Source: an uncultured cyanobacterium (GTDB taxonomy: Bacteria; Cyanobacteriota; Cyanobacteriia; Cyanobacteriales; CAWCAG01). Taken from it: 64,000 nt of DNA. Position 1 is the first letter of the stretch. Every line of letters starts with the position of its first letter. Location: the NCBI GenBank assembly GCA_963803805.1, contig CAWDOD010000009.1:128001-192000 (forward strand), read 5' to 3'. This document shows, one piece after another, positions 30,040 to 41,044 of the stretch. The notes below the pieces were generated by a model that was not told the origin of the DNA, did no database searches, and was given only the letters and a program-made list of their open reading frames with translations. A program made the translations under genes and the position numbers.

Positions 30040-31134
30040 ATGACCGATATTACTGTTAAATTACCCCAGAACTCTTATCAAATTGCGATCGCTCCTGGTA
30101 TTTTGCCCCAAGTTGGGGAATTGATGCAACCCCTTGGGTTAGGAAAGAAAGTATTAGTTGTTTCCAACCCAGAGATTTTCGCCCATTATGGCAACACAAT
30201 CCTCAACTCCCTTGAATCAGTTGGTTTTAAAGTTTTTTATCACCTCCTTCCTGCGGGAGAACAGTTTAAAAATCTCAGTTCTATCGAAAAACTCTATGAC
30301 ACAGCCTTAGAAAAACATCTCGAACGTTCCTCTACTTTGCTTGCTTTGGGGGGAGGAGTGATTGGTGATATGACTGGGTTTGCAGCAGCCACCTGGTTGA
30401 GGGGCATTAACTTCGTGCAAGTCCCCACCTCCTTATTAGCAATGGTAGATGCTTCGGTAGGGGGGAAAACAGGGGTTAACCATCCCCAAGGCAAAAACCT
30501 CATCGGGGCATTTTATCAACCTAAATTAGTAGTTATAGATCCCCAAGTTTTGGGAACTTTACCCATCAGAGAATTTCGCGCAGGTATGGCAGAAGTGATT
30601 AAATATGGTGTAATTTGGGATGCGAGTTTATTTAATGAACTAGAAGCAAGCAAAGCTTTAGATAGATTAGAAAACATCACTACAGAACTTTTGCAAACTA
30701 TCCTTATTCATTCTTGTCAAGCAAAAGTAGATGTAGTTAGTCAAGATGAAAAAGAAGCAGGCATCAGAGCTATCTTAAACTACGGCCATACCATCGGTCA
30801 CGCAGTTGAAAGCTTAACTGCTTATAAAACTGTTAACCATGGTGAAGCTGTAGCTATAGGTATGGTAGCAGCCGGGGCGATCGCGACTAAAATGCAGATG
30901 TGGAACCCTGAAGATAGTCAGCGACAAAATGAGTTAATTGCGAAAGTTGGTTTGCCCACAGCAATCCCTGAACAATTGCATAGTCAAGAAATTATTGCGG
31001 CTTTGCAAAGCGACAAGAAAGTGAAAGCGGGGAAAGTACGTTTTGTGTTACCTACGGCAATTGGTAAAGTAACTATCACCGATCAAGTTACACCGGAATT
31101 ATTGCAGGAAGTTATTGAAGATTGCTTCGTGTAA
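30040..31134 (+). CDS. aroB: 3-dehydroquinate synthase
   Basis: [38 protein letters not shown]. Confidence 0.97.
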   Translation: MTDITVKLPQNSYQIAIAPGILPQVGELMQPLGLGKKVLVVSNPEIFAHYGNTILNSLESVGFKVFYHLLPAGEQFKNLSSIEKLYDTALEKHLERSSTLLALGGGVIGDMTGFAAATWLRGINFVQVPTSLLAMVDASVGGKTGVNHPQGKNLIGAFYQPKLVVIDPQVLGTLPIREFRAGMAEVIKYGVIWDASLFNELEASKALDRLENITTELLQTILIHSCQAKVDVVSQDEKEAGIRAILNYGHTIGHAVESLTAYKTVNHGEAVAIGMVAAGAIATKMQMWNPEDSQRQNELIAKVGLPTAIPEQLHSQEIIAALQSDKKVKAGKVRFVLPTAIGKVTITDQVTPELLQEVIEDCFV

Positions 31135-31136
31135 TA

Positions 31137-32873
31137 TTACTTAACCCTTTGGGAAGTATCTCTAACACTGAGATAACGATCTGTACGAATTGTTTGTAAA
31201 ACTGAACCTACTTCTTCTTCATTTTCTCCTAGAGTACTAAGAATTTGTCTACCCATTTCTAAGGCTGCTTCAAATTCAGGTTGTACTACTTCATTTGCAC
31301 CTATTTTAGTTAAGAAATCTATTTCTTTGTCACTATGTGAACGTGCAACTATATCTATTTTAGAATTGATTTTTAGGGCTTGTATGAGCAAAATACGGGT
31401 ACTAGAAGGATCGGGCAAGGCGATTGCTAAAGCTTTAGCCTGCCCTAAATGACATTTACTCAAAACCATTTCAGAATCAGCATCCCCAAAAATATAAGGG
31501 ATTTCTTCTTGACGTAAACGCCTAATTCCAGCCTCACTATTTTCAATAACTAATAGAGGATAACCGCGATCGCTTAATACCTTGACAATAACTCTACCAA
31601 CTCTCCCGTAACCGGCTACCACTATATGGTTGCAAATGGTTTCAGGTATGGACATGGGTCTATTTTGTTGTTGCTTTTCTAAATAATTAGCAATTATGGG
31701 GATGGTGGCTAGTTTCTGGGCAATTTCTGGAGAGAATTTCATGCCGATGGGAGTTAAAACCAGAGTTATTGCTGTTGTACCGATGAGAAGATCATATTGT
31801 TCTTGATTAATAAAGCCAAGTCTTTCTCCCAATAATGCCAATACAAAAGAAAATTCTCCAATTTGATTCAAGCCCAAACTAGTAATTATAGCGGTTTTAA
31901 AAGAATAGCCAAACTGCCAAATAATGGGAAACACAATGCTAGCCTTACCTAACATTACTAAGGTGACAAACCCTATGATTATGCCCAAGTTTTCCCAGAG
32001 ACTATTCGGGTTAATTAGCATACCAATAGAGGCAAAAAATAGACTAGCAAAAGTATCTCGTAAGGGAATCATTTTTGCTAAAGCTTGGTCAGAATAATCA
32101 ATTTCGGAGATAGTTAGCCCAGCTACAAATGCACCCATTTCAATGGATAAGCCTAAGCTAGCAGTTATCAAGGCTACCCCTAAACATAAAGCAATTACCG
32201 TCAGTAAAAACAACTCACTATTTTCAGTTTTGGCAACGGTAGTCATAATGCGAGGAATAAGCCAATACCCAGCAGCGATCGCACTAATAAAAAACAATAC
32301 TACTTTAATTATTGCAGCCACTAAAGCAAAAATTAGATTCTCTGGTTGATTGAGGGCTGGTAATACTGCCAACATTAATCCTAAAGCTAAATCTTGGGCA
32401 ATTAGGACTGCCAACATTACCTGACCATGAATAGTATTAACTTCTCCTCTTTCGGTTAAAGTTTTTAGTACAACGGCGGTAGAAGATAGAGATAATACAG
32501 CCCCCATAAAAATTCCTTCTACCGGAGTTTGAACCCAACCCAATATAGTGGTGAACAATGCTACTAAGGCAATAGTTAGCCCAATTTGTAACAGGCTACC
32601 TTTGATGGCAATATCTTTAACCCGTTTTAATTCAGCCAGGGAAAACTCCACTCCCAAAGCAAAAAGCAAAAAAGCAACACCAATTTCCGCTAAGGATTTT
32701 ATCTCTTCTATTTGATTAATTAAACCCAAGCCAAATGGACCAATTATTAAACCACAAACCAGATAACCTAATAAAACAGGCTGGCGCAGATGATAGGCAA
32801 TAAAACCTCCTACTGCTGATGAGCCTAGCACCGTGGTGATGTCTAAAACAAAGATATGATTTACTGCTGCCAT
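31137..32873 (-). CDS. CPA2-family cation:proton antiporter with TrkA-N domain (Kef-like)
   Basis: LSSTAVV, QD, GEFSF; C-terminal GYGRVG and VVQPEFE. Confidence 0.92.
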   Translation of the reverse strand: MAAVNHIFVLDITTVLGSSAVGGFIAYHLRQPVLLGYLVCGLIIGPFGLGLINQIEEIKSLAEIGVAFLLFALGVEFSLAELKRVKDIAIKGSLLQIGLTIALVALFTTILGWVQTPVEGIFMGAVLSLSSTAVVLKTLTERGEVNTIHGQVMLAVLIAQDLALGLMLAVLPALNQPENLIFALVAAIIKVVLFFISAIAAGYWLIPRIMTTVAKTENSELFLLTVIALCLGVALITASLGLSIEMGAFVAGLTISEIDYSDQALAKMIPLRDTFASLFFASIGMLINPNSLWENLGIIIGFVTLVMLGKASIVFPIIWQFGYSFKTAIITSLGLNQIGEFSFVLALLGERLGFINQEQYDLLIGTTAITLVLTPIGMKFSPEIAQKLATIPIIANYLEKQQQNRPMSIPETICNHIVVAGYGRVGRVIVKVLSDRGYPLLVIENSEAGIRRLRQEEIPYIFGDADSEMVLSKCHLGQAKALAIALPDPSSTRILLIQALKINSKIDIVARSHSDKEIDFLTKIGANEVVQPEFEAALEMGRQILSTLGENEEEVGSVLQTIRTDRYLSVRDTSQRVK

Positions 32874-32947
32874 TAATTAATTATTAGCTACCAGTTAGTA
32901 TTTACTATCTTAAAGAAAAAAGGTTCTACCGAACTTAGGATGTAAGA

Positions 32948-35900
32948 TTAGCAATTGGCGATCGCAACTTCAGTTAATTCTATAATTTCATCAAAACAAT
33001 AACTAGAAGTTAATTCAAATAGCTTGATTTTTGTTGCTTGATAACTTGCTGGGATTTCTGTGAGGAGTTTTTGAATTACCTCCGCATCTACTTCAATTGC
33101 AGCTTGCTGTAGTTTTTTGAGCCATTTGAGGGACATGAAGGAAAGGGAGAGAGGGGGAGACTGGGGGATGGGGAGATGGGTAGATGAGAGGAAGAGATGG
33201 GGTGACTGGGAGATGGGTTTGCTTTTGATGTTGAAGCTGAAAGTAGAACCTTGATTAATGCTGCTTTCTAAGTTGATGTCTCCTCCCATCAATTGGACAA
33301 AGCAGCGACTAATGGCGAGTCCTAACCCTGTACCACCTTGGGCGTGGATGCCGCTAATGGTTTGTACGAAAGGTTGAAAGATTTTTGCTTGTTCTTTGGG
33401 GGTTATGCCTTTACCAGTATCAGTTATTTCAAAGTAAATAGAATTTGATTTTTCTGATAGGTTAGGGTTTAGTTTTGCCGTTAAAGTAATGCCCCCAGTT
33501 GAGGTGAACTTAACAGCATTGCTGAGAAGATTAATTAGTACTTGGCGTAGCTTTTTTTCGTCGCTAAATAGGTATTTAGGAAGTTCAGGGGCAAGATTGA
33601 ATACCAGAGAAAGCCTTTTTTTATCTGCTTCAATTTGAAACATTTCTTGTAGAGTTTGCAAAAGCTGATGTAAATCAAAAGTTGTAGCATCAAGGGTTGT
33701 ATGTCCCGCTTCAATTTTGGACATTTCTAAAACATTGTTGATTAAATCTAGGAGGTAATTACCACTGCGGTTGATAATGTTAAGGGAATTTTTTTGCTTT
33801 GTGGTTAAATTAGCATCCTCTTTCATTAACTGGGTGAAACCTAAAACTGCATTGAGAGGAGTCCGCAATTCATGACTCATGTTAGCCAAAAATTCACTTT
33901 TAGCTTGGTTAGCAACTTCGGCACTGTGTTTAGCCTCTGCTTCCTGTTGCAATAGCTTTGCTTGGGCAATGGCAATGCCTAATTGAGCCGCAACAGCTTC
34001 CATTAATTCAATTTCTTCTGGAGTCCATTGTCGGAAGCGATCGCACTGTTGCAGCACAATTGCACCATTAGCTTCTCCTTGGTAGGAAGTACGCACTGCA
34101 ACAAGAGATTTAACTTCAAACTCCTCATAAATACAAACAGAACGTTTTAGGATCGGAACATCAAAAACATTGGGGTAAACAGTAGCTTCTTCAGTAGCAA
34201 GACAGTGAGCAACACAAGCAGCATCTTCTAAGGGTAGTTCCATATTCAACATCGAAGCAAACTCAGGGAGAAGATATTCAGCTACGATGCGAGTTCTAGC
34301 TTCTGGAATAGTTTGATAGGTGAAAATTTGACAGCGATCTACACAGAACACCGAACCAACTTGGTTTACAGTAGTTTGCAGGATAGTCTGCAAATCCAAG
34401 CTTTGGCGAATATCTTGGGTGATTTGTTCTGTCAATAAAACCCGTTGTAGTTGCCTAGCGAGGGCTTTTTCTGCATACTCCCTTTCTAACTCAGCCCCAG
34501 CACGGGCAGCAAAGATTTCTAAAATCAAATTCTGCACCTCCAAGTTCTTTTCTTCTAAGGGTTTGGTGTCCAGCACCGTTAAAAGCCCTAAAATAGTTCC
34601 GGCAGTGTTGACAATGGGCAAGCCGATGTAACTTTCTGCCCCAAACTCAACTAAATAAACATCCCTAGGAAAAAGAGACTGCACCGAATGGGGATAGATA
34701 GATTTTATACCTTCAAGAACCTCTGCACAGGGAGTATGGGCTATGTCATACTCAAAATTTTCTCCAAAGCTTCCCCTCAGCCAAAAAGCTAAGGTACGGG
34801 CTTTCTTTTTGCTATGATCAGCAAATTCAGAAATAAAAGCGCAGGGAACTTGTAAAACCTCTGCTAAAGAACGGACACAGGAGCTAAAAAATTCACTCCC
34901 AATTTTGGCTGAAGTCCCCTCCACAATTAAGCGCAGGGAATCTTCCCTTTGCTTGCGATCGCTAATATCATGGAAGTACCAAATTCTGCCATAATATTCC
35001 CCACTGCTGGCTTGAATCGGAGAAGAATAGCGGTCTAAAACTCGCCCGTTTTTTAAGATGATTTCGTCTCGACTCACTTCTTGAGGATGATCATATAAAT
35101 AGCTAACCTTGGCGATAAACTGCTCTGGCTGCAACAAATGAGTTGTAACATAGTTAATTAATTGCAGAGAATCGGCTGTTACCATGACTGGCTCAGGAAT
35201 AGACCATTGTTGACAAAAACGCTGATTGTAATAAACTACTTGACGATGTTCATTAACAATTAAAATACCATCAGGTGCAGCTTCCTGTTGGGCTTTGAGT
35301 AAAGCATTATTGCGATGCAAAATAGCTTGAGTTGAAGCACGTTGATGGGTTTCTAATGCTAAAGCCACAAAATCAGCAAGGGATGCAGCAAAGTTTTGCT
35401 CTGATAATGTCCAGTGACGGGTTATACCTTGATGTTCAATAGCCAAAACTCCCACCACTTTCCCTCCCAATCGGACTGGTGCATCTAAGTTGGAGGTAAT
35501 CTTGTAGGGAAGGAAGTAGGAACTAAAAAATTCTTTTAAACGAGGATCATTACAAGAATCGGAGGCTGCAATGGTACGGGCAGTTGCTAGCTGTTTGAAA
35601 TAGCGAGGATGTTCTGTGGCAGTAAATTCTAAACCTGCGGAATGCTGTTTTTTTTGAGCTTCGTAGAGATCGATACATTCTAGCTTTGAGCCGTCATGGT
35701 TATAAAGCCATACTCCCACTCTCGCTACAGCCAAAGACTGGGCTGCTGCTTCTGTAATAGCTTGTAGGGCTAATTCTAAATCACCTTCTGCTAGGGCTTG
35801 GTGTTGTGCTAACTTGGTGAGTACTTGACTTTGTTGGTGCAGTCGTTGTTCGGCTTCATAGGAAACTAGAGGCTGTTTTGAAATAGTTAATATAGCAATC

Positions 35901-36262
35901 TTTTCACCTTGATGATTGTGACTGTAAAGGCCAGATATTTCTAAGTTTAAAATATCCTTTCCCCGTGACAACTGATAGATAGATGTTTCGTACTTTTGTT
36001 GCAGGAGTAGTACATGGGGATATAAATCTGGAAGAAGGAACTGCCCATCTTGAATTAAGGGAAGTACTTCGGGTAAGCTAACTTCCCTTAAGCTTCTCTC
36101 TAAGCCATTTACCAAACTTACAAAACTATCATTGTACCACTGTATCCGACCATCCTCTCTAACCCAAACCACCCCTTGGGCAATTCCAGCTAGGGTTTCT
36201 TCCATCTGCTTAAGCCTAGCTTGGAGTTCCTCAACTTCTTGTGTTGTTAAGTCTGCTTCCAT
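32948..36262 (-). CDS. Multi-sensor histidine kinase (PAS-GAF-PAS-GAF-GAF-HisKA-HATPase)
   Basis: Three GAF and two PAS-like segments; MSHELRTPL; GGTGLGL; no receiver domain. Confidence 0.9.
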   Translation of the reverse strand: MEADLTTQEVEELQARLKQMEETLAGIAQGVVWVREDGRIQWYNDSFVSLVNGLERSLREVSLPEVLPLIQDGQFLLPDLYPHVLLLQQKYETSIYQLSRGKDILNLEISGLYSHNHQGEKIAILTISKQPLVSYEAEQRLHQQSQVLTKLAQHQALAEGDLELALQAITEAAAQSLAVARVGVWLYNHDGSKLECIDLYEAQKKQHSAGLEFTATEHPRYFKQLATARTIAASDSCNDPRLKEFFSSYFLPYKITSNLDAPVRLGGKVVGVLAIEHQGITRHWTLSEQNFAASLADFVALALETHQRASTQAILHRNNALLKAQQEAAPDGILIVNEHRQVVYYNQRFCQQWSIPEPVMVTADSLQLINYVTTHLLQPEQFIAKVSYLYDHPQEVSRDEIILKNGRVLDRYSSPIQASSGEYYGRIWYFHDISDRKQREDSLRLIVEGTSAKIGSEFFSSCVRSLAEVLQVPCAFISEFADHSKKKARTLAFWLRGSFGENFEYDIAHTPCAEVLEGIKSIYPHSVQSLFPRDVYLVEFGAESYIGLPIVNTAGTILGLLTVLDTKPLEEKNLEVQNLILEIFAARAGAELEREYAEKALARQLQRVLLTEQITQDIRQSLDLQTILQTTVNQVGSVFCVDRCQIFTYQTIPEARTRIVAEYLLPEFASMLNMELPLEDAACVAHCLATEEATVYPNVFDVPILKRSVCIYEEFEVKSLVAVRTSYQGEANGAIVLQQCDRFRQWTPEEIELMEAVAAQLGIAIAQAKLLQQEAEAKHSAEVANQAKSEFLANMSHELRTPLNAVLGFTQLMKEDANLTTKQKNSLNIINRSGNYLLDLINNVLEMSKIEAGHTTLDATTFDLHQLLQTLQEMFQIEADKKRLSLVFNLAPELPKYLFSDEKKLRQVLINLLSNAVKFTSTGGITLTAKLNPNLSEKSNSIYFEITDTGKGITPKEQAKIFQPFVQTISGIHAQGGTGLGLAISRCFVQLMGGDINLESSINQGSTFSFNIKSKPISQSPHLFLSSTHLPIPQSPPLSLSFMSLKWLKKLQQAAIEVDAEVIQKLLTEIPASYQATKIKLFELTSSYCFDEIIELTEVAIANC
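33144..33217 (-). repeat. Degenerate ~8-nt pyrimidine-rich tandem repeats inside the kinase CDS
   Basis: Minus strand CCCATCTC CCAGTCAC CCCATCTC ... CCCATCTC CCCATCCC CCAGTCTC CCCCTCTC. Confidence 0.8.
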
Positions 36263-36468
36263 TGAGTTAGTTATTAGTTATCATTACTTGTAGCTAATGG
36301 CTAATGATTAATGATTAATGGCTAATTTAACAAAGAATCGGGAAGAAATAGAGAAGAAAGGCTATTATTAGCGACAAAATAAATTAGCTTCTCCGTCTTA
36401 GCTATTTCTGGTAATGACTTTCTCTTAATTGCTAAGATTATTTATAAATGATGGGGAATGTCATAACT

Positions 36469-37650
36469 TCAAGGATAAACTCTTCCTTTCCATGCTCCCC
36501 CTTTTCCTTGCCAATGGCGTAGGGCAGAATCAACACTCATCAAGTTATAAAGTAAAGCAATGCCTGGTAAAACAAAGGCTAGCAAGGGAGAAGATTTATA
36601 TAAACGGATAGTTGGTAAGTAAGCTAAAGCCATAAGTAGCCAGGCTGCTAAACCAGTGATCACAATTGACCAATTTCGGGTTAATAAACCTCCTATAGTT
36701 GCTAAAGGAGGTACAAGATAAATTATGGTCATAGCCATTAAAGTTCCCCATAAAAGCCAAGGAGAATAATTGAGTTGGGTATAAGCGGTACGGGCTACCA
36801 TGTCCCAAATACTTGTTAAGGAAGGATAGGGACGCAAACTCAATGTAGAGTCGGTTAAGCCTAACCAAATGCCTTTTTTTCCTTCACTACTAGATTTAAT
36901 AGCTTCAGCTAAGGCACAATCATCAATTAAAGCTTGGCGTATAGTTGCAATGCCGCCAATGCGTTGCAAGGCTTGGCGATGGATGAGGATACAACCCCCT
37001 GCTGCGGCTGCCATTGTTTTGTTGGTATCGTTAACCCAAGGAAAAGGATAAAGTTTTTGGAAGAAGAACACAAAAGCAGGGATGAGGAGTTGTTCCCAAA
37101 AGCTTTGACACCGTAGCAAAACCATCAAAGAAACTAAATCTAAATTTTCTTGTTCTGCTTTAGTAGCTAACTCGCGGAGATTGCTTGAATGGTGTTGAAT
37201 ATCTGCATCAGTGAAGAGGAAGTAGTCAGGGAGATAAGTTTGTTGTTGAGCGGTTTTGATACCCTGTGCCATAGCCCAGAGTTTACCTGTCCAACCTTGG
37301 GGAAGAGCTTCTGCTAGGATGACTTTTAACCTTTGGGTACAGTTTAATTGCGCAGCAATTTCTTGAGCAACTTCCCCGGTGGAATCACTACTACGGTCAT
37401 CAACTAAAATTAAGCTAAATTCCCCAGGATAATCTTGATTAAGAAGGGAAGGCAAAGTTTGAGGCAGCATTTCAGCCTCATTACGAGCAGGAATTATGGC
37501 ACAAACGGCAGGAAATTCTTTTAAATCTTTGCTTTGAGTATCTAAGCGTTGGTTTGCTCGCCAAAATTGACCCCAAAAACTTAAAAGTCCTAGCCAACTT
37601 AATAAAGATAGTAGAGTTAACCCCAAGGCAATTTTGTTTTCAATCATCAA
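36469..37650 (-). CDS. hpnB: Hopene-associated family 2 glycosyltransferase
   Basis: IPARNEA, VDDRSSD, WTGKLWA, FTDADI, LIDDCALA, GGAWKGRVY. Confidence 0.8.
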   Translation of the reverse strand: MMIENKIALGLTLLSLLSWLGLLSFWGQFWRANQRLDTQSKDLKEFPAVCAIIPARNEAEMLPQTLPSLLNQDYPGEFSLILVDDRSSDSTGEVAQEIAAQLNCTQRLKVILAEALPQGWTGKLWAMAQGIKTAQQQTYLPDYFLFTDADIQHHSSNLRELATKAEQENLDLVSLMVLLRCQSFWEQLLIPAFVFFFQKLYPFPWVNDTNKTMAAAAGGCILIHRQALQRIGGIATIRQALIDDCALAEAIKSSSEGKKGIWLGLTDSTLSLRPYPSLTSIWDMVARTAYTQLNYSPWLLWGTLMAMTIIYLVPPLATIGGLLTRNWSIVITGLAAWLLMALAYLPTIRLYKSSPLLAFVLPGIALLYNLMSVDSALRHWQGKGGAWKGRVYP

Positions 37651-37747
37651 TCAACTCCCGATGATCCCAGAGAACATTCTGTGAACAAAAGTGTTTCTTC
37701 AATATAAATTAAGTTTTTTGAGTAGTGATATCATTAGCCCTCAACAA

Positions 37748-38443
37748 CTAAATTGGCAAACGTTTAATATCTTTATTAGAACCAATTACCACCATCGCTA
37801 AACCTTGAGAAAGTACTTGAGTTGGTTTAGGATTAATCTCAAAATGTTCTCCTTGCCCTACCGCCAATAAATTTAAGCCGTAGCAGTTACGTAACTGGAG
37901 TTGAGCAATCGTTTTGCCATGAAATTCTTCAGGGATAAGAACTTCGACAATACTATGTTCTGGATCGAGTTCAAAGCGTTCTAGAATGCCAGGTTTAGTC
38001 AACTTTTGGGCTAATTCTAAACCTGCTTCCTTTTCCGGGAAAACAACTTGAGTTGCTCCTACTTTTTCTAATAAAGTGCGATGTATTTCTGAGGAAGCTT
38101 TAGCAATTACGTGTTTGACCCCCCCTTCTTTGACATTTAAGGTTGTAATAATACTTTCTTCTACATAGTTACCAATAGCAATAATTACTGTATCAAATTC
38201 AAAAATACCTGCTTCTTTTAGGGCTACAGGGTCAGTTGAATCTAGCTTGATAGCATGGGAAACAGATTTTTCTAAGATGACTTGGTGAACAAGCTTGTCA
38301 TCTAGATCAGTACCCAAAACTTCGTAACCTAATTCTTTTAGTCCATTACAAACTGCTCTGCCGAAACGCCCTAAACCAATGACAGCAAATTGATGATCTT
38401 CTTGATGGAAACTATTTATAATACTTAGGGAACGTAGATTCAC
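37748..38443 (-). CDS. ktrA: Ktr/Trk K+ uptake NAD-binding subunit
   Basis: GLGRFG Rossmann motif, VVFPEKE, TrkA-C domain. Confidence 0.9.
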   Translation of the reverse strand: MNLRSLSIINSFHQEDHQFAVIGLGRFGRAVCNGLKELGYEVLGTDLDDKLVHQVILEKSVSHAIKLDSTDPVALKEAGIFEFDTVIIAIGNYVEESIITTLNVKEGGVKHVIAKASSEIHRTLLEKVGATQVVFPEKEAGLELAQKLTKPGILERFELDPEHSIVEVLIPEEFHGKTIAQLQLRNCYGLNLLAVGQGEHFEINPKPTQVLSQGLAMVVIGSNKDIKRLPI

Positions 38444-38551
38444 TTCTACCTCTTATCATTTACCATTAATCATTTCCGAATAAGCATGAGTTATATCTTG
38501 ATTAGTCAAAGTCTAGACTTTGACTCATGCTACTGAAAACTTCTATCTAGT

Positions 38552-39886
38552 TTATCCTACTAATAAATTTTCTTTAGGATATTCAATTCTACTAGGTTCA
38601 GGATCTCCTAAAATAGCTGATATAAAGAGTAATACTCCCACTCTACCAATGTACATAGTAAATACCAATACTATCTGCCCCAAAGGAGAAATACTATCGG
38701 TAATTCCAGTAGAAAGTCCTACTGTAGCAAAGGCGGAGACGACTTCAAAAGCTATTCTGAGCAACTGTAAATTAGCATCCGTTAAAGAAAGTAAAATAGT
38801 AGCAATAGCAATAGTGATGCCTGAACCAAAAACTACTGCTACTGCTTTGAGAATCAAAGGCATAGGTACTGTACGCTTAAACATACGCACTTGATCGTGA
38901 CCTCGTAAAATAGAGTTTGTACAGCCAATAATAATTCCTAGGGTAGTAGTCTTAATTCCTCCTCCAGTACCGCTAGGACTAGCGCCAATAAACATTAATC
39001 CTACGGTAATGAACAAACCTGCTCCAGTCATAGTACCAATGTCTATACTATTAAAACCTGCTGTTCTGGTAGTAACAGATTGAAACCAGGCGGCTATAAT
39101 TTTTTCCGACAAAGGTAAAGAATTTAAGGTTGCTGTATTGCTAAATTCTGTAGACAAAAAAGCTACTGCCCCTAAAGTTAAAAGAACAAAGCTTGTAGTA
39201 GTAACTACTTTAAAATTAAGGGAGAAACAATATCTTTTTTGATGTCCTTTGACTTTGCTGAAAAACCACAAATACATTTCAATAATTACCTGATAGCCAA
39301 TACCTCCAAAAATGATTAAAAGGGAAATGGCTAAGTTAAGAACTACTGAAGAACGATACCCTACCAAACTATCAGAAAACAAACTAAATCCAGCATTATT
39401 CCAAGCACTAATACTATGAAAAATAGCTAGCCAAAGGCTAGAAGCAATACCATAATCTTGAGAAAAAACTGTGAGTAGCAAAACCATTCCTATTACTTCA
39501 AAAATAAGGGTAGTAGCTAGGACAGAAAGGACTAGATTTTTACTTCCTTGTAAGAATGGTCTATCAAAAGATTGCTGGATAGCAAATTTTTGTCTAAAAT
39601 CAAATTTACGTTTAATAAGTAAAGCCAGAAAAGTAGTGATCATCATATAGCCAAGTCCACCAACTTGAATAAGGCAGATGATAAAAAACTGCCCCCAAAA
39701 GGAAAAATAGCTGCCTGTGTCGACCACAACTAAACCTGTTACACAAACAGCAGAGGTGGCTGTAAATAATGCCTTGATTGGATCATTCCAATTGCCTGTA
39801 CTAGTTGAAAACGGCATCATTAATAAAATTGTACCAATAGCAATAACTGCCAAAAAACCTAAGCAGATTGTACGAGGAATAGTCAT
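38552..39886 (-). CDS. ktrB: Ktr/Trk K+ uptake membrane subunit
   Basis: Four P-loops: SAVCVTGL, SAWNNAGF, RTAGF, SAFATVGLS; GTGGGIK. Confidence 0.93.
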   Translation of the reverse strand: MTIPRTICLGFLAVIAIGTILLMMPFSTSTGNWNDPIKALFTATSAVCVTGLVVVDTGSYFSFWGQFFIICLIQVGGLGYMMITTFLALLIKRKFDFRQKFAIQQSFDRPFLQGSKNLVLSVLATTLIFEVIGMVLLLTVFSQDYGIASSLWLAIFHSISAWNNAGFSLFSDSLVGYRSSVVLNLAISLLIIFGGIGYQVIIEMYLWFFSKVKGHQKRYCFSLNFKVVTTTSFVLLTLGAVAFLSTEFSNTATLNSLPLSEKIIAAWFQSVTTRTAGFNSIDIGTMTGAGLFITVGLMFIGASPSGTGGGIKTTTLGIIIGCTNSILRGHDQVRMFKRTVPMPLILKAVAVVFGSGITIAIATILLSLTDANLQLLRIAFEVVSAFATVGLSTGITDSISPLGQIVLVFTMYIGRVGVLLFISAILGDPEPSRIEYPKENLLVG

Positions 39887-40156
39887 TTATGTGATTAATT
39901 ATTTAATTAATGAATAATACTTGCTAAGTATAGCTCTTACACGCCTATTAAAACTTCTGGATATACAAAATGATAGTTGCATATTAATATTTTATATGCT
40001 TTATGATCTTGTTTGCTAAGAAATTAATAACGGCTATACAATACAAAAGAAACTAACTAAAATGCTCAATCTTTATTACAAACTTAAATTATTAATTTGT
40101 AAATAATAAATAACTAATAATCAAGAATCTTTTGTCATTCATCATGGTGCAAAGTA

Positions 40157-41038
40157 ATGGAATCTTCCCGAATCATCGAAAGTCTTTATACTGATGGAGC
40201 TTGTACAGGTAATCCTGGCCCTGGAGGCTGGGGAGTTGTAGTCTATTTTACAGATAATTCAGTCTTTGAGATGGGTGGTAGTGCGACTCAAACCACCAAC
40301 AATCGCATGGAAATGGAAGCTGCGGTTTCCGCTTTACGCCTTTTACAAGCTTGCAAGCAAACTGAAACTGCTACTATTTATACAGATAGCGAATATGTTC
40401 GCAAAGGTATAACTCAGTGGATTAAAGGCTGGAAAAAAAAAGGTTGGAAAAATTCTCAAGGCAAACCGGTTCAAAATCAAGACCTTTGGGAGAAACTAGA
40501 TAAATTAAACTCTGACCAGGTGATTTGGAAACACGTTAAGGGTCATAGTGGTAACGAAGGTAATGAACGCTGCGATGCGATCGCCCGTGGCTTTGCCCAA
40601 GGTGGTTCTATCTCTCTCCAACAAGAATATTCTCCTAGGGTGACAGAAAATTTTGCTCAATTTGATTCTCTCTCGGTAGCAGGGTTATCAGACTCAAAGG
40701 GTCTAGCAAAGATACTTTACACAGAAGATAAACAAACTAACTCATCTAACTCAGATATAAACATGATGGAATCATCTGCTGGTACAACAGAGGAATTTCA
40801 ACTCCCCCGCGAAGTCAGAGTTACTAACCTACAAAACTTAATCGAAACTTTGCGTATCGCCGAAGAAATCTCGACTAAAGGTTATTTAATTAGTAGTGCT
40901 GAACTGGCTGATTTGATGGATGTCAACGCCAGTGCAGTTACTAGTAGAGGGGATAATTGGCCTTGGCGCAATTGGCTAGTTTCACGGGTTAGGCGGGAAG
41001 GGAACCAAATCCTTTGGCAACTAGAAAAAGTAGCTTGA
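40157..41038 (+). CDS. rnhA: Ribonuclease HI with cyanobacterial C-terminal extension
   Basis: YTDGACTGNPGPGGW, TTNNRME, TDSEY, HVKGHSGNEGNERCD. Confidence 0.95.
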   Translation: MESSRIIESLYTDGACTGNPGPGGWGVVVYFTDNSVFEMGGSATQTTNNRMEMEAAVSALRLLQACKQTETATIYTDSEYVRKGITQWIKGWKKKGWKNSQGKPVQNQDLWEKLDKLNSDQVIWKHVKGHSGNEGNERCDAIARGFAQGGSISLQQEYSPRVTENFAQFDSLSVAGLSDSKGLAKILYTEDKQTNSSNSDINMMESSAGTTEEFQLPREVRVTNLQNLIETLRIAEEISTKGYLISSAELADLMDVNASAVTSRGDNWPWRNWLVSRVRREGNQILWQLEKVA

Positions 41039-41044
41039 GTAAGC

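Noticed and set aside
33960-34440. Third GAF of the kinase as a bilin-binding cyanobacteriochrome
   Set aside because: Cysteines are present, but the Cys-His attachment motif and DXCF/Asp motif are not in register.
36263-36330. TAATGGC/TAATGAT heptamer run and similar GGGAGTA runs near 13712, 57775 and 61141
   Set aside because: Ordinary cyanobacterial short tandem repeats in spacers; no sign of a separate element.
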